The notes below the pieces were generated by a model. It did not search any database and was not told the DNA's origin. It saw only the letters and a program-made list of their open reading frames with translations. From Trichoplax adhaerens (lineage: Eukaryota > Animalia > Placozoa), in assembly GCF_000150275.1 (NCBI RefSeq), contig NW_002060948.1, forward strand, positions 5,626,336 through 5,690,335: DNA of 64,000 bases, given 5' to 3'. Positions 59,986 through 64,000 of the stretch are shown here, in pieces. Position 1 is the stretch's first letter; each line of letters begins with the position of its first letter. The position numbers and the translations under genes were made by a program.

Positions 59986-62784
59986 GCCGAACCTAACTTC
60001 TGTAATAAAGTGAAATTTGCAAGAAACTGTAGTTCTTGATTTATTGTTTTGAAGATCACTTTATCACACACATTTAGCACAATCACAATTGAATCATCAG
60101 TAAAGTAATTTTCTTAGATAGATGATAGTTATCAATATCCTGCATTTTAGTATTTTTACAACTACAGTACAGCTGTTCACAGAAGATCATATACCATTCT
60201 TGAATAATTATAATTGATTGTTGGGAGCGATTACATGCTTATTATTCGCAAATAACATGTCTAACGATGTCAACGCAATATCTAATATTGTACTATATTA
60301 AGGTTATCTATATATGTATTCTCATGTTGCCATACTTGGCATGATAGTCTATTTGTAATGTCTAAACTAGAGAAACCTTTCTGTTAGTGAGGATCTTGTG
60401 ATCTACGTTAGTAGATCAAAGGTCACAATAAAGAAAGTATATAAACTCTTCATTTCAACAATAAAGTTAGTTCTTCAACTTAATTACTGGGTCTCCTTGC
60501 TGAGTGTAGATCTAGTACTTGTTACAAAATTTGGAAGTTGTAACAAGGACATTTGGAGCCACCGCTTATGGCTAATAAACTTCGACTATATAAATTATTT
60601 ACTATTATTATATTTACTGCTCAGCCCATTTTGAAGTGTACAGTTATTCGATTTTTCGTATTTCGAACTGATATTTAGGGTTGGTGATAGATTTTGGATT
60701 CATTGTATGAATAATTTCCGCCTCCTTTTAGTGTATAAATTAAACAAAAAATGGAAATACACTCTCATAAGTAAATATTATCCAACAATATTCTTACTCA
60801 AGAAATTCAAGTACTGTAATTGACCTGTCATAAATTCGTAATGTTATTAAACAAATTACTGTATTCAAAAGAATTAGAAAATGATCATTATTAGCTGATC
60901 CAACAATAAAAAAATAAGATGAATTATATATTATTGTAACAGCCCAGTAACTTCTATACTACAGAGTTGACTATTGTATCTTAAGATCCGTTAAATTAAA
61001 AATCGTTTATATCATCACGCGTCAAATAATTATCGTCTAATGGTTTAAAGATCCCTAATATGATTCAATAGCATCGCTGAACTAGGAAGGTTTCATTAAT
61101 ATTAAATAGAAACTGAAATATTTATAAGTTATTGAAGAATCGAGATCGGCTTACGTTTACCAGTTTTATGCCTTAATAAATATTTAGATTAGATTCTTGA
61201 ACGGGGGAGTAGAAGTTAAAATGCTTTTCGAAAAATTGTACAAAGTTTCGTAAGAAGGAGGTTGGTAGCCACAGTATTTAAAACGACAGTGTTCATTGAT
61301 CATTTTAGACTGTATGTTTCATCTTGAATTTATCGTTTAATGAAAATTCTATCATATGACTTCAATATTATTTCTGTTTTATAGCTAATTAATAGTCATG
61401 GCTACCAATACACTGTCTAGATAAATTTCATGATTGCCTAGTTCATATTCTATGTTAATCAGTTACATAATTCACTTTTTATTGCTTGAACTTTTGGAGG
61501 AAAAGTTATTGATTTGGCTTCGTCATTTTGTAATCCAGTTTATGTATTTGACATATCTAAATTAAGATTATAACTGTGCAATTAATCCAGATCACTGAAA
61601 TATTTCCTGCCACTTTACGCCTGAAATTTGAGAAAAATTTCCCTTTAATTACTTGATATAAATTGAATCTGGTTGGTTCCAATTTAGTAAGTCACTTAAT
61701 CTAGACATGACAAAAATGAAAACTAGCTTTATCTTGGATATAATATTTATTCATATCCTATCCTTGAACTGGGCATTATTTAAATTTCTATCGCAACATT
61801 TTCTGATATGAAAGGAGAAGTACTGTAGATTAATTACCGTAGTTTACAAGTAGATTTTATGATGCCGTGTTCTAATGATTTCCAAATTGGATTTATCAGA
61901 TTGTCGCTCTTTACAGAGTTAGCTTGCGGTATAAATTAAAGGCAAGAAGCACCTCGGCACTAGACAGTTAACTAACTTATAAATTGTGGACCAAATTGGG
62001 TTACCTCTTTAGACTATTGTCGCTCTTTTCGTAATCGGTATATAGTTGAGATAATCTCTTTAACGGTAGTTAGATTAAACTTTTACAAGTGTAATTAATT
62101 ATCTATTTAATTATCTATTCATAAGGCAGATAATACAGTTATAACATAGATTAGATTATTAGATCGTAGCTTATTTATGGAATTAGACCTTCACCATCGT
62201 ATAAATTAAGATCACATTATGAAATGTGCCAATTTTATTTGATCCCTTTCGTACCCGAAATATAACTTCCACTGTAAGCTGATTATCCAAATTTGAACTA
62301 TTAAATGATATGGTAGCATAATCTCTCTCCATTTGTAAACATGCGATAAATTAATTAGCTTTCAAGATTAATTATAAGAGGTAATATGAAATTCCATATC
62401 GTTCGTAGAGAAATTACAGATATCTGAAATAATGTTTTCTGCAGCAGTTAAGTTAAACTATGTAATGGTGTATTCGTTACGTAACTTGAATTGCGAGATG
62501 ACATCCTTGTAAGTAATTTAGTATAGTCTCTATTGATACATATTTCAGAAGAAATAGTCTTTTAACAGCAAATGAATTATTTACACATGCAATTTATCAT
62601 AAAGTAACCTAATCGAAACATGAAATATTAATGAGGATTGACTACAACATTTTATGAAATATTAATGAGGATTTTAATTCTTACTAGGATTATATTAGCT
62701 CCTTGAATTCTATATTGTCATTAAAGATATCATATCCGCTACAGTTTATCATCACAAAGTGGGCAAAACTTATTGAATTTCATC

Positions 62785-64000
62785 ATGACGACAACCAACG
62801 TTCAGATATATAAATACACAGAAAGAGATCCCCAGAACCATGAAGAGTCCGCTACAACCGTTGCAGGAAATGCTACTTACAGTGATCCAAATATTCGCTT
62901 AAAGGAACTTGGAATTGTTTTCAATAATAATTATGAGTCAGGGTTTTCCTCAATAGCTATCGAAAATACCAACTGTAACAATCCAATTCATCAGGTACAA
63001 TAAAAATTATTATTGATGATGTTCCCGAAAATGTAATCTGTAAATCAAATGTCTGTTTTACAGCCTACTAGGACTATAGCAGATATGACAGTACCCCAAT
63101 CAGGGCAAAATCATCGAATTTGCCTAGTTTGCAAGTTTGTAATTGGTTTTGCTTCCGTGCAAATTCTCATAGCGATATTGGGATTAATAATTAATCCTTG
63201 TCCAATTGGTTCACTTTCAATAAGCTTAAATTTGTATTATGTTACATATTGGACTGCAGGACCAGTAAGTCAATTTAACGATAAATTGTGTAGGAACATC
63301 TAAATTCATTTTAATTAAGATGATGGAAAACTTTATCAATTATCATGCATTGCATCGTGATCTGAAATGTTCATGTGTCCACAGGTCTTGATATTAGCTA
63401 TTGTTGCTTTGATAATCAATAAAAAGGAACAACAAAGTAGCAGAAATGTAAGAAAATGATATTTCTATCTGTCATACCTACAAGATTGATCAGATAAATA
63501 CAGAAACTTGTTTTAGAAAAAAGCTCTTGAATTTCAAAATATTTTCTGTCATGAAGGATAAAATATTGTTTACTAAAGGGCAACTAAAGACATTCTGCCC
63601 AAATTATAGCATAATTTTTAGAGATAGCCTAGTTTGATGCCGGAATTATAATTCTAAATTGACCTTAGAATATGAAGCTGCTGTATCAGACTATTTGTTT
63701 CTTAATCGTCAGGAGATAATATCATCTGGAATTAAATATTACTGTAGAAAGATAATTTCACGTGTAGTATCGATACGCTAGACATGATTGCATCCAGATT
63801 GAAGAAACTAAAAGATTTCTTGATATTATTTTATTGACCAGGTTAAAATTCAAAGCTGGCTGGTGGTCATAATTATCTTATGTTTGTTAGGACAAGATGC
63901 CATTTTAGGAACATTTCTCTATAGATTAACTAGATTTGGAATTAGTTGGTTTTGTAACGGCATTTTAAGCCGTTCGATGTTTATCGGCTTTAATATTGGT
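62785..64000 (+). CDS. Multi-pass membrane protein, MS4A/CD20-like topology, truncated at window end
   Basis: Exons 62785-62994, 63064-63264, 63385-63447, 63842->64000, all phase 0 with GT-AG. Hydrophobic helices VIGFASVQILIAILGLII, YYVTYWTAGPVLILAIVALII, SWLVVIIILCLLG. The G..QI.I and YW patterns resemble MS4A TM1/TM2; the family call is tentative. Confidence 0.6.

Noticed and set aside
62620-62673. 20-bp direct repeat ATGAAATATTAATGAGGATT x2
   Set aside because: Only two copies; simple local duplication, not a CRISPR-like array.

Overview
AT-rich, intron-dense eukaryotic (animal) DNA with mostly 70-150 nt introns. The compactness and composition suggest a placozoan such as Trichoplax, but that is inference only. 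Gene order: a Mi-2/CHD3-4-5 chromatin remodeller (- strand, running off the left edge, only one PHD finger); divergent SSR3/TRAP-gamma (+), whose last intron is a clear U12-type intron; a convergent three-exon MsrA (-) with an in-frame TGA at the catalytic Cys position and a well-formed SECIS in its 3' UTR, i.e. a selenoprotein MsrA that the ORF track misses; divergent eIF4G (+); a decayed, apparently intronless Sel1-like-repeat pseudogene (-); a gene-poor stretch with degenerate repeats; rootletin/CROCC (+) with an upstream RFX X-box/CRE/CCAAT cluster; and the 5' part of an MS4A/CD20-like membrane protein gene (+) at the right edge. Both divergent housekeeping promoters are saturated with a TACAGTA/TACTGTA motif that is not clustered at the putative rootletin promoter. 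All calls come from manual reading and translation; no database searches were run.
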